From contig OZ255836.1 in the NCBI GenBank assembly GCA_965277715.1, positions 4,160,001 to 4,224,000 on the forward strand: a stretch of 64,000 nt of DNA, in the 5' to 3' direction. The stretch comes from Gammaproteobacteria bacterium. Lineage in GTDB: Bacteria; Pseudomonadota; Gammaproteobacteria; JBCCGL01. This document shows, piece by piece, positions 1-9,367 of this stretch (position 1 is its first letter; the number at the start of each line of letters is the position of its first letter). The position numbers were made by a program, and so were the translations under genes. The notes under the pieces were generated by a model, which was not told the origin of the DNA, ran no database searches, and worked only from the letters and a program-made list of their open reading frames with translations.

Positions 1-359
1 GCATCAGTGCATACCAAAGGGTGATTTCACGTGAAGTGCATCTGCTTTGTGGCGGTGTGCCGTGGGTGTATGCACGTAGCCTGATACCGCGTGTGACGTT
101 GACGGGGCACTATGCAGTGCTCGGCCAAATGGAAGACAGGCCGTTGGGTGAAAAACTGTTTGCCGATCCTATTATGAAACGCGGTGATGTCACATTTTCC
201 TGGCTTGTGCGTGGTTCGCATGACTACTCTATCGCCTTGACTGGTCTGCATAGTCGGCCATCACGTATCTATGGTCGGCGCTCATTATTCAGTGGCTCGC
301 GGGCGCCGGTAATGGTGATGGAGTTTTTTTTGCCAGGTATTGGGGTATTTCCAGGCTGA
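1..359 (+). CDS. ubiC: Chorismate lyase (5'-truncated by window edge)
   Basis: REVHL...PWVYARSLIP, RPLGE.LF, YGRRSLF, VMEFFLP are UbiC motifs. Confidence 0.85.
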   Translation, partial: ISAYQRVISREVHLLCGGVPWVYARSLIPRVTLTGHYAVLGQMEDRPLGEKLFADPIMKRGDVTFSWLVRGSHDYSIALTGLHSRPSRIYGRRSLFSGSRAPVMVMEFFLPGIGVFPG

Positions 360-439
360 GCTTACCTATTATTGCTATTTGTTCCATCAATTATGCTTTA
401 TAGCCCCATACGTTTGTTGCTTCACCCATCGTTCTGCCG

Positions 440-448
440 TGCTATTAT
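440..448 (+). promoter_or_regulatory. Putative extended -10 promoter (TGcTATTAT) of the Rpn gene
   Basis: TG-n-TATTAT ends 6 nt before ATG 455; no Shine-Dalgarno visible. Confidence 0.4.
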
Positions 449-454
449 TCGCCG

Positions 455-1348
455 ATGAAATTCGTCGACCCACGCAATGATATCGCCTTTAAAAGGATCT
501 TTGGTAACCAGCAACATAAAGAAGTGCTGATTCATTTTGTCAATGCGGCGCTGGATTTCCCTGAAGGCGCAAAGGTGGTGGATGTCTCCTTCGATAATCC
601 CTACCAGTTACCCCGGATCGAAGAGCTCAAAGAGACTGTGCTGGATGTGATGGCCACCGATCAGCAGCAGCGTCGGTTTGTTATCGAAATGCAGGTGCAG
701 CCGAGTCGCTATTTTGCCAAGCGCAGCCTTTACTACACTGCTAAATCCTATGTTAATCAACTGGATGTAGGGGTGGCATACGATCAGCTAAAGAAGGTAC
801 ATTTTATTGGCATCCTGGATTTTGACTTTAGCCCGGATGATGGTCAATACCTGTCCAACCACCTGATTCTCGATACCCGCACGCATAAAAACCACCTGGA
901 TGACTTTGCTTTTTGTTTTATCGAGCTTGGCAAGTTTCATAAAACGCTGGAGCAACTGGACAACATGGTCGATAAGTGGATTTATTTTATCAAGCATGCG
1001 GGGCGCATGGAGGAAGTTCCTACAACCTACCAGCAGGACCCTGTGTTTAAAACCGCTTTTGCAATAGCGCAACAACATGCCTGGAGTAAAAAGGAGATGC
1101 AGGTATATGACTACATCAATAAAAAACGCATGGATGAACGTGATGTGATCGAAACTGCGCAGGTAATGGGTAGGCGCATTGGGCGTGAGGAAGGACGTGA
1201 GGAAGGACGTGAAGAAAATGCCTATAACACCGCTAAACAGTTGATCCCGATGGGTTTGTCAGACCAACAGATTTCCTCGGCAACAAGCCTAACGGTTGAG
1301 CAGGTGGTGACAGTAAGAATGCAAATAGACAATGGCAAGGATAATTAA
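455..1348 (+). CDS. Rpn family recombination-promoting nuclease / PD-(D/E)XK putative transposase
   Basis: N-terminal DPRNDIAFKRIFG, LDV...FVIEMQ nuclease motif, RSLYY, C-terminal GREEGREEGREE repeats followed by an HTH-like tail. Confidence 0.9.
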   Translation: MKFVDPRNDIAFKRIFGNQQHKEVLIHFVNAALDFPEGAKVVDVSFDNPYQLPRIEELKETVLDVMATDQQQRRFVIEMQVQPSRYFAKRSLYYTAKSYVNQLDVGVAYDQLKKVHFIGILDFDFSPDDGQYLSNHLILDTRTHKNHLDDFAFCFIELGKFHKTLEQLDNMVDKWIYFIKHAGRMEEVPTTYQQDPVFKTAFAIAQQHAWSKKEMQVYDYINKKRMDERDVIETAQVMGRRIGREEGREEGREENAYNTAKQLIPMGLSDQQISSATSLTVEQVVTVRMQIDNGKDN

Positions 1349-1619
1349 CTGATAGAGTACGGTATTACCTGGAAACGCCTTTATGTCTTTAAGTCGTCTG
1401 CTTGTCAGGCAAAAGATACGGTAGGTTAGGCAATGACATCGCCGGGTGAAAACCCATCGCCACCAACTCATCGACAACGGGCACAAGCAGTGCCTGATCA
1501 TCGACTTTCTGGTTGAACACACCACCGAAGCGCCAGGTTGTTGCTATTGTGAACAAAGGGAATTACATCGCCTGAGCCAGAAAGTGGGCTAGTAAGTAGT
1601 ACCAGGGCGCTTAATGCGG

Positions 1620-1931
1620 TTATCGAATCAGGGTACTTGCCTCGCCGTTGTTTCCTTGGTTGTCCAGCCATTCCACTTTCACTGTATCGCCTTTCTCCCC
1701 ACCTTTGAAACGGAAAGCGAAAAAAGGGTTTTCTGACATGGCGCCGCTCCACTGGGCCGTTATTACCGTTTCACCGTTATGGGTTGCCATTATGTCAGTA
1801 ATAAAATGGCATGGCTTGCGCTGGTCAGTGCTGTTTGTTGTCAGCAAACCTGATGTCATTGGGTGATTGATTAGTGCGATAGCCTGGGTAACGTCAGCGT
1901 GGCGTTTTGCGCGTAGTTTGGTGGTAGACAT
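1620..1931 (-). CDS. soxZ: SoxZ-family sulfur carrier subunit (divergent)
   Basis: HPMxSG, HFI, HNG.TV, W....SENPF..FRFKGG.KGD.VKV.W.DN.G; directly downstream of the soxY-like gene. Confidence 0.85.
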   Translation of the reverse strand: MSTTKLRAKRHADVTQAIALINHPMTSGLLTTNSTDQRKPCHFITDIMATHNGETVITAQWSGAMSENPFFAFRFKGGEKGDTVKVEWLDNQGNNGEASTLIR

Positions 1932-1984
1932 GGTTATTGAGTGGATTGTCAGTTGATAAGATTGTGTTATTTAGAGGGGGGCAG

Positions 1985-2482
1985 CTATTCCCCGGGTGGC
2001 GCAGTATCGAGTGTTTTGCGTGTTGATTTAGGTGTTTCTGTCACAATAATCTGGCGGTAGTTGGAAAATAGTTGTTCGCCAGATTTGACGACAGCGATGA
2101 TTTCACTCGTTTGATGGATGTCCAGCCGGGTGGTGATAAAAGGTGCTGTGTTTTCGGGCAATGTATAGAGTGCAACCAGTGGTAGAGGGTGCTCAGGGAT
2201 AAGAATAGCGATGGCGTTGATATCCGCCATTTTGGTCGAGACTGTTATTTCGACAATTGAAGGTTTTTTAATGTAACCGGGCGCGTCGATAATCACCTCG
2301 CTACTCGGTGTACCTATGTCGTTGCCCAGTACTATTTGCACGGCTTCTGCTATATCAGGTGTTGTAAATGCTTTACGTGAGCCATTGGTCATGGCGGTAA
2401 CCGGTAATAAAAAGCTACCCAGTGTAGCCAGTGAGGCGCACTGTAGAGAGGTTTTTAGTATTGATCGGCGTTGGGTGTGCAT
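1985..2482 (-). CDS. soxY: SoxY-like protein lacking the C-terminal GGCGG cysteine
   Basis: Tat signal RRSILK; IDAP, P.PLVA, FITTR, IIAVVKS..QLFS....IVT follow the SoxY pattern, but the tail is VTETPKSTRKTLDTAPPGE. Confidence 0.75.
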   Translation of the reverse strand: MHTQRRSILKTSLQCASLATLGSFLLPVTAMTNGSRKAFTTPDIAEAVQIVLGNDIGTPSSEVIIDAPGYIKKPSIVEITVSTKMADINAIAILIPEHPLPLVALYTLPENTAPFITTRLDIHQTSEIIAVVKSGEQLFSNYRQIIVTETPKSTRKTLDTAPPGE

Positions 2483-2782
2483 TGCCTGATAAGTTGGCGA
2501 GTTGATTGATAGTTTATGTATCGGCTCGTCAGGTAAAAAATTAATAGTGAGAATGGAAAATAGTGCGCTGCCTACATGAAAACAGAAATACAGTAAACTT
2601 TAAGGCACATACACGAAATAAACGTCAGGGTGCGTAAATGGATTGATTTACCTTATAGCTGAGTTGGCTTGAGGGTGTTATTAACAAATAGCTCATTGTT
2701 TAAATAATATTATAAAAACGGAAATTATTTCGTGCGCTTTCCTTAGGGCTTTTTATTAGGGGTTTCTGGGTATCTGCCATTA

Positions 2783-3574
2783 CTAATTGCATTGCGTGGC
2801 GTCAATCACTTGCCCATTGGGCTTGTCTATTGTGGGGTCGAGTAAATACACATAACTGCTGAGATAGTTATCCGCAGGTGGGATCGACTGTGCATTTTCA
2901 CCGGGAAAAGCTGTGCGCCGGATGTGTGTTTGCATAGGGCCGGGTACTACCGCATTGACACTGAGTATGCGCTCACCCGCCACATTTTTTCTGCTTTCGA
3001 CTTCATCGGCCAAAATGCATACAGCACTTTCAATACCGGCTTTACAAATACCATAAGCCCCCCAGTAGGCATGGGGCTTTCGGTCTACGGTGAAAATAAC
3101 AGACGCTGTGTCGGCTTGTGTCAGTAAAGGCAGGCAGGCCTGCGTTAAAAACATCGGCCCGGTCAAATTAACCTGCACTGTTTTTTGCCAGTCACCTGCG
3201 GAATAGTGGCTCAATGGTGTCATTGTGCCAAGGTTGGCGGCGCAGTGAACAATGCCATCTAAACGGCCAAACTCAGCGCTGATCGATGCGGCCATTTGCT
3301 GATAGTGTTCCGTTGAGGCACCACTGAGATCGAGTGGGTAGATGGCGGCCAGGGGGTAGCCACTGGTCTCGATTTCATCGTAAACCACCTCTAACTTTTT
3401 TATGGTTTTACCCAGCAGAATAACGGTGGCGCCCAATGCCGCCAATTTTATCGATAAGGGTTTACCCAGCCCACCCCCGGCGCCTGTTATCAGCACAACC
3501 CTATTTTTCAGGGCATCAGTGTTTGGAACATAATGAGTCGGCAGAGTAAATGATGGCATTGATTGGCTTAGCAC
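2783..3574 (-). CDS. yciK: YciK-family short-chain dehydrogenase/reductase
   Basis: ITGAGGGLG, GATVILLGKT, AYWGAYGICK (YxxxK), RRTAFPGE. Confidence 0.85.
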   Translation of the reverse strand: MLSQSMPSFTLPTHYVPNTDALKNRVVLITGAGGGLGKPLSIKLAALGATVILLGKTIKKLEVVYDEIETSGYPLAAIYPLDLSGASTEHYQQMAASISAEFGRLDGIVHCAANLGTMTPLSHYSAGDWQKTVQVNLTGPMFLTQACLPLLTQADTASVIFTVDRKPHAYWGAYGICKAGIESAVCILADEVESRKNVAGERILSVNAVVPGPMQTHIRRTAFPGENAQSIPPADNYLSSYVYLLDPTIDKPNGQVIDATQCN

Positions 3575-3631
3575 AATAGGCAGTGAAGGTTGAACTGAAA
3601 TTGAACGGGTGGGGAAGCACCTGCCCAGTTT

Positions 3632-4429
3632 TTATGAGGGCGTTATGAGTATCAGCATCCCGACTTTTGGGTGGTCGATATAGTGCAGCTCGCGGCTGCG
3701 CATACGCCGGTGGGATTTCACGATAAACGATTGCATATCAGCGGGGGCCAAGGTTTTGGTTAAGGCCAAATCAGTGTAAACGTGTAAATAACGACTGACT
3801 GCCACAGTAATGGTGCCATCCAATGGGTAGGCGAGTGTTTGTGTGTATGAGCCGGTGAGATTGCCGTCGGGGGTGACGAATGCAGGTTGGAAGTTTTCTA
3901 CGGGCCTGATAAATCTATCGGGCGGGCGCTGGTTTTGCAATCCCCTGGCTTTGACAACACCGGCTTCGACGACCTCGACAACCTGGTTATCCACAGTTAA
4001 CAGATCAACCCCGGAAGACGGTGCATTGTCGTTGGTGCTACCGCCAGTCTCGACAAATACGGGTACGGGCTCGCCTTGTTGAATGCGCACGGGGATCGCT
4101 TTCTTTTTGGACTGTGTCGCCTGCCGCCATACCTGGTGGGTCAATAATTTGTACCGGCTCGATTTTTTGATAGCCGCCGCTGCATTGGCGAGGCGGCGGG
4201 ATTTTGATGTTAATGGCTGCACGCCACGCCCACTCTTTGGCGTATTGGCGTCCTTTAATAAGGGTATATACGTTTGATGATCCCATAGGGTATTCGCAGC
4301 GTGGGGTACATCAATATTCTCAAAAATAACTACTTCAATATCGTAAGAACGGGTTTCGGCGCAGGTTATAGCCGTCGTTGTCAGCAATACCAGGCCAATG
4401 AGGCAGCGAAACAATGCAGTATTGAACAT
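3632..4429 (-). CDS. CsiV-family peptidoglycan-binding periplasmic protein
   Basis: Signal peptide, YDIEVVIFE, H..WRQ, RYLH, RRMRS.ELHYIDHP..GMLI; usual position downstream of mfd. Confidence 0.85.
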   Translation of the reverse strand: MFNTALFRCLIGLVLLTTTAITCAETRSYDIEVVIFENIDVPHAANTLWDHQTYIPLLKDANTPKSGRGVQPLTSKSRRLANAAAAIKKSSRYKLLTHQVWRQATQSKKKAIPVRIQQGEPVPVFVETGGSTNDNAPSSGVDLLTVDNQVVEVVEAGVVKARGLQNQRPPDRFIRPVENFQPAFVTPDGNLTGSYTQTLAYPLDGTITVAVSRYLHVYTDLALTKTLAPADMQSFIVKSHRRMRSRELHYIDHPKVGMLILITPS

Positions 4430-7400
4430 CAGGCGACCATGGGCAGGTTTAAGGTATTGAGAAGCTTATCAATAAATTCGATGCGTGTGTCGATATTGTG
4501 CAGCTCAGCCTGAAAGCGCACGGCGTGTTTGCCATCAAAACGGTAAACGCTGGGGGTGGTTTGTACGAGTTTAATCAATGACATAGGATCGATATTGGGC
4601 TGTTCAGAAAAATGCAGCCTGCCGCCAGTGGCGTTGGTGTCACAGCGGGTGATGCCGAGCGTTTCACAGCGCAGTTTTATTTCGGTTGCGCTGAACAGCG
4701 TTTTTGTTTGTTCTGGCAGCAGGCCAAAACGGTCGATTAACTCAACTTTCAGTTCGCGCAGCGCTTCGTTATCCCGGGCGCTGGCAATACGTTTGTAGAG
4801 AATAAGCCGGTTGTGTACATCGGGCACATAATCGCCTGGCAGCAGTGCAGGTGAGTGCAGGTCAATTTCAACAGATTTGGCCAGTGGTGATTCGGTATCG
4901 GGGATTTTGCCCGCTTTTAGTGCCTTGACGGCCCGCTCCAGCAGTTCATTGTAGAGAGTAAACCCGATCTCCTGGATTTGTCCGCTTTGCCCCTCGCCCA
5001 GTAACTCGCCAGCGCCACGAATTTCCATGTCGTGGGTCGCCAGGGTAAACCCAACGCCAAGGTCTTCCAATGACTCAATCGCGCTAAGGCGCTTTTCTGC
5101 GTCACTGCTGAGTACCCCTTTGGGCGGTGTGATCAGGTAGGCATAGGCGCGGTGATGCGAGCGACCGACCCGGCCACGCAACTGGTGGAGTTGTGCCAGG
5201 CCCAGTTTGTCTGCGCGGTTGATAATAATAGTATTGGCGCTGGGAATATCGATACCGCTTTCGATAATGGTTGTACACACCAGCACATTGCAGCGCTGAT
5301 GGTAAAAATCCAGCATGGCTTCCTCCAGCTCGCGCTCACGCATCTGGCCGTGCGCAACCCGCGCTTTGGCCTCGGGGGCAATTTCTTCAATGGTGCGGGC
5401 AATGCGTTCAATACTGCTGACTTCATTGTGTAGAAAATACACCTGCCCGCCGCGTGCCAGCTCGCGTTGCAGCGCCTCGCGAATCAAGGCGTCGTTCCAC
5501 TCATTGACAAAGGTTTTGATCGCCAGGCGTTCAGCGGGTGGGGTGGCGATAATCGATAGGCCGCGCATACCGGACATGCTCATATTGAGTGTGCGTGGAA
5601 TCGGTGTCGCGGTCATGGTGAGAATGTCCACCTCGGCGCGTAGCGCCTTCATGTGTTCCTTATGGCGCACACCAAAGCGGTGTTCCTCGTCGATAATGAC
5701 CAGGCCAAGGTTGGCGAAATCGATGCCTTTTTGTAATAGCTTATGGGTGCCGATAACGATGTCCACCTTGCCGTTGTTAAGGCCCTGTAACACACTGTCC
5801 TGTTCTTTTTTACTGCGAAAGCGTGATAGCGACTCGATCACTACGGGCCAATCGGCAAAGCGGTCAGAAAAATTCTGAAAGTGTTGCTGTGCCAACAGCG
5901 TTGTCGGCACCAGCACGACCACCTGCTTGCCCCCATCGACGGCGGTGAACGAGGCGCGCATCGCCACTTCGGTTTTGCCAAACCCCACATCGCCACAGAC
6001 AATCCGATCCATTGGGGTTTCAGCGCGCATATCGGCAATCACTTCCTCAATAGCACGCGCCTGATCAGGCGTTTCCTCAAAGGGGAAGGCCGTGGCAAAA
6101 CGGCGGTAGTTTTCCTCATCGAAATGAAACGAATACCCCTTGCGCGCTTCACGGCGTGCATAAATCTCCAACAGCTCAGCCGCCACATCGCGGGCTTTTT
6201 CAGCGGCCCGGCGCTTAACTTTCTGCCACTGCTCGCCACCCAATTTGTGCAGTGGTGCCGTCTCCGGCCCGGCACCCGTGTAACGGCTAATCAAATGCAG
6301 GGAGGCGACGGGCACGTAGAGTTTATCGTTGCCCGCATAACTAAGCGTTAGGTACTCGGTGTTCATCCCGCCCACATCGAGCGTGGTTAAGCCCTGGTAT
6401 CGGCCCACACCGTGATCGATATGCACTACGGGGGCGTCGATATGCAGGTCATTGAGGTTTGAGATAATTGCATCGGCATCGCGGGTAGGTGCCCGCCTGC
6501 TACGGGCCTGACGGGTGCGCTCACCCAACAGTTGTGACTCACAGATAATGGTAATGCCCGCCTGTGTGAGTAGCATGCCTTCGTTCAGGGGTGAGGCAAT
6601 AACCGCCAGTGTTTGCTTATCACCCGCCGGTTCTATATCGATAAATGCCTGCCATCTATCGACCTGGGTTGGGTAAATGCGGTTACCGTGGAGTAAATCC
6701 AGCAGGCTCTCACGACGACCGGCAGACTCCGCGCTAAACAATACGCGGCCTGTGAATTGTTGCAAAAATTGCTGCAGGGCCGCCAGGGGGTGTTCGGCAC
6801 GGGCGTTAGCCGGGAAAACCCCGGGGTTACTACTGGCAAAATTCCACGCATGGGTAGAGCGGGCATCACATTCAAAGCGCTGGCAGTCGATACCATTAAA
6901 TGCAGACAACCACGCGGTAATCTCATCGATGCTATTAAACAACTGGTCTGGCGGCAGCAGCGGCCTTTCAACATCGTGACCATACTGGTCGAAGCGATAA
7001 TCGATCTGTTGCCAGTATTCAGTGACCGCCTGATCCCAGCCGCGCAGGTGAATCAGAGTACTGTCGGTGGGTAAATAATCGGCCAGCGTGGCCATCTGTT
7101 GAAAAAAGAGCGGCATATAGTATTCAATGCCAGACGGCGCCAGGCCATTACTGACATCGCGATAGATCGGGCTGGTTTTAGCTGAGCCATCAAACGCCTC
7201 CCGGAAATTTTGCCGAAAGCGGGTGATACCTGCTTCGGTCAATGGAAATTCGTGTGCGGGCAGCAGCTCAATGGATGCCAGGGTCTCATCGCTGCGCTGC
7301 GACTCCGGATCAAAACGGCGGATCGTATCGATCTCCTCATCGAAGAAATCGATACGAATAGGGGATTCGCTACTCATTGGGAATAAATCCAACAACGAGC

Positions 7401-7899
7401 CGCGCACGGCAAACTCACCGTGCTCCATCACCTGGTCGACGGCGCGATAACCGGCTGCAACCAGGCTTTCACGCAGTGCTTTTGGCGCCATCTGCTGGCC
7501 GGTTTTCAGCACCAGTGCATTACCTTGCAGAAAGTCTACCGGTGGCAGTTTCTGTACCAGCGTTTGTGCGGGCACCAATAAAATACCGCGTGTCGTTTTG
7601 GGCAGCAGATGAAGAGTCTTCAACCGCTGTGAGACAATATCCTGGTGGGGGGAAAAGTGATCGTAAGGCAGGGTTTCCCAGTCTGGAATGCTAAAGACAC
7701 GGGCATGCCCACCCGTAAAGAACGACAGATCTTCCTCAAGTTGCAGTAACTCGGCCAGGGTTGGCACCACCACCACGACCAGACCCGCCTGTGCACGTGC
7801 GAACTCAGCGATAGCCAGTGGCAATGCACTGCCGTATAGCTGCCCCCAGTGTTTCTTATCGGGCGTGGGGAGGGGGATGAGGGCGGTTGTTGCGTTCAA
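4429..7899 (-). CDS. mfd: Transcription-repair coupling factor
   Basis: DWETLPYD, CGDVGFGKTEVA, DEEH, QLRGRVGRS; start placed at TTG 7899 (1156 aa) rather than at the ORF start that overlaps hflK. Confidence 0.97.
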   Translation of the reverse strand: MNATTALIPLPTPDKKHWGQLYGSALPLAIAEFARAQAGLVVVVVPTLAELLQLEEDLSFFTGGHARVFSIPDWETLPYDHFSPHQDIVSQRLKTLHLLPKTTRGILLVPAQTLVQKLPPVDFLQGNALVLKTGQQMAPKALRESLVAAGYRAVDQVMEHGEFAVRGSLLDLFPMSSESPIRIDFFDEEIDTIRRFDPESQRSDETLASIELLPAHEFPLTEAGITRFRQNFREAFDGSAKTSPIYRDVSNGLAPSGIEYYMPLFFQQMATLADYLPTDSTLIHLRGWDQAVTEYWQQIDYRFDQYGHDVERPLLPPDQLFNSIDEITAWLSAFNGIDCQRFECDARSTHAWNFASSNPGVFPANARAEHPLAALQQFLQQFTGRVLFSAESAGRRESLLDLLHGNRIYPTQVDRWQAFIDIEPAGDKQTLAVIASPLNEGMLLTQAGITIICESQLLGERTRQARSRRAPTRDADAIISNLNDLHIDAPVVHIDHGVGRYQGLTTLDVGGMNTEYLTLSYAGNDKLYVPVASLHLISRYTGAGPETAPLHKLGGEQWQKVKRRAAEKARDVAAELLEIYARREARKGYSFHFDEENYRRFATAFPFEETPDQARAIEEVIADMRAETPMDRIVCGDVGFGKTEVAMRASFTAVDGGKQVVVLVPTTLLAQQHFQNFSDRFADWPVVIESLSRFRSKKEQDSVLQGLNNGKVDIVIGTHKLLQKGIDFANLGLVIIDEEHRFGVRHKEHMKALRAEVDILTMTATPIPRTLNMSMSGMRGLSIIATPPAERLAIKTFVNEWNDALIREALQRELARGGQVYFLHNEVSSIERIARTIEEIAPEAKARVAHGQMRERELEEAMLDFYHQRCNVLVCTTIIESGIDIPSANTIIINRADKLGLAQLHQLRGRVGRSHHRAYAYLITPPKGVLSSDAEKRLSAIESLEDLGVGFTLATHDMEIRGAGELLGEGQSGQIQEIGFTLYNELLERAVKALKAGKIPDTESPLAKSVEIDLHSPALLPGDYVPDVHNRLILYKRIASARDNEALRELKVELIDRFGLLPEQTKTLFSATEIKLRCETLGITRCDTNATGGRLHFSEQPNIDPMSLIKLVQTTPSVYRFDGKHAVRFQAELHNIDTRIEFIDKLLNTLNLPMVA

Positions 7900-8137
7900 G
7901 GCGGTATATTGGGTAAAAAAACGGGGGCGTATTCTCTCACAAATTTTTAAGCTCCTTGAGGTTTCGCCCGAATATTTCACAACAGCCACTGACAGCCCGC
8001 AATCCATTGGTTTCACAAAGAAATGCCCAAAGGCGTGGTATACCGGTGATTGCTTCGACTGAGGGCATACGCCGTGTGGCATTAAAATGGTCAGCGGGAC
8101 AAGGCTTATTGTGAAATACGCGGGCTGTAATAACAGC

Positions 8138-8166
8138 TTGCCCACGCTGCCCAAGCATCCTAGAAT
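8138..8166 (+). promoter_or_regulatory. Putative sigma70 promoter of hflKC
   Basis: TTGCCC-17 nt-TAGAAT upstream of a GGGAG RBS and ATG 8213. Confidence 0.45.
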
Positions 8167-8212
8167 GGGCGGCTTATTTTGATATTGTCTGAATAGACAT
8201 TGGGAGTGCAAT

Positions 8213-9367
8213 ATGGCCTGGAATGAACCGGGTGGTGGCAATAAAGATCCGTGGGGTAAGAACAATCAGGATGGCCCACCCGATCTGGACGAAGTGTTCA
8301 AAAACGTTCAATCCAAAGTCAGCGATATTTTTGGCAAAGGCAAACCCAATGGCGGTTCCCCGTCTGGCTCTGGCATACCTGGCCGGTTTGGTGCGCTGGG
8401 TGGTTCGCTGCTTTTTATCGTACTGGTTATTGCCTGGTTAGCGACAGGCGTTTACATCATCCAGCCAGCGGAGCGGGGTGTCATTACGCAATTTGGCCGA
8501 TACGCCAGCACCTCACTGGCAGGCCCTCACTGGCATATTCCCTGGCCAATACAGGAGCTGGAGCGCGTCAACGTTGACCAGAATCGCTCAATACGTATGC
8601 GCGGGCAAACCATCCTGACACGCGATGAAAACATCGTCGAAATCGATATGGCGGTGCAATACAACGTCAATAGTGCCGAGGATTTTCTATTTAAAGTGCG
8701 CGATCCCGATGCGACGCTTCAGGATATTGCTGAAAGTGCCGTGCGCGAGGTGATTGGCAAAAATGACATGGATTTCATTATTACCCAGGGGCGCGACGCG
8801 ATTGCCGGTTCGACCAAAGACAATATGCAAAGGTTGTTGGATGAATACAAAACGGGCCTGCAAGTCACCACGGTGAACCTGGAGTCGGCACAGCCACCGG
8901 AGGCGGTGCAAGCGGCGTTTTCTGATGCAATTAAAGCACGCGAAGACGAACAGCGCTTTATCAATGAAGCGGAAGCCTACTCAAACGGCATCATCCCACG
9001 TGCACGGGGTAATGCCAGGCAGTTACTGGAGGAGGCCAAAGGCTATCGCACACGGGTTGTTAAAGCCGCAGAAGGTGAAACCAAACGCTTTTTAGCCTTG
9101 TTGAAAGAGTATGAAAAAGCACCCAAGGTCACTCGTGACCGGCTCTACATTGATGCGGTGGAAGGTGTTCTGAACAATACCAACAAAGTGGTTATCGATG
9201 TGGAGGGCGGTAATAATCTGATGTACCTGCCATTGGATAAACTGATCAATCAAAACAATACGCCCCGCAGTGAGGTTGACACACAAGATGGCGAAAACCA
9301 ATTTGCGTTGCCAACCCAAAGCACTCAACCGAACAAGATTAATCGCCGTACACGGGGGAGCAACTAA
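8213..9367 (+). CDS. hflK: FtsH protease modulator HflK
   Basis: MAWNEPG...DPWG...GPPDLD, one TM helix, SPFH domain, LMYLPLDKL. Confidence 0.97.
   Translation: MAWNEPGGGNKDPWGKNNQDGPPDLDEVFKNVQSKVSDIFGKGKPNGGSPSGSGIPGRFGALGGSLLFIVLVIAWLATGVYIIQPAERGVITQFGRYASTSLAGPHWHIPWPIQELERVNVDQNRSIRMRGQTILTRDENIVEIDMAVQYNVNSAEDFLFKVRDPDATLQDIAESAVREVIGKNDMDFIITQGRDAIAGSTKDNMQRLLDEYKTGLQVTTVNLESAQPPEAVQAAFSDAIKAREDEQRFINEAEAYSNGIIPRARGNARQLLEEAKGYRTRVVKAAEGETKRFLALLKEYEKAPKVTRDRLYIDAVEGVLNNTNKVVIDVEGGNNLMYLPLDKLINQNNTPRSEVDTQDGENQFALPTQSTQPNKINRRTRGSN

Noticed and set aside
1181-1216. 12-bp tandem repeats in the Rpn gene as a CRISPR or novel repeat
   Set aside because: No spacers; they encode the GREE repeats typical of Rpn proteins
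1389-1556. Short - strand frame downstream of soxZ (LFTIATTWRFGGVFNQKVDDQALL...)
   Set aside because: No convincing start, RBS or recognisable family; cannot be supported without a search
7900-8265. 122-aa N-terminal extension of Mfd in the ORF track
   Set aside because: It overlaps hflK and its promoter and is not Mfd-like; TTG 7899 gives a normal length
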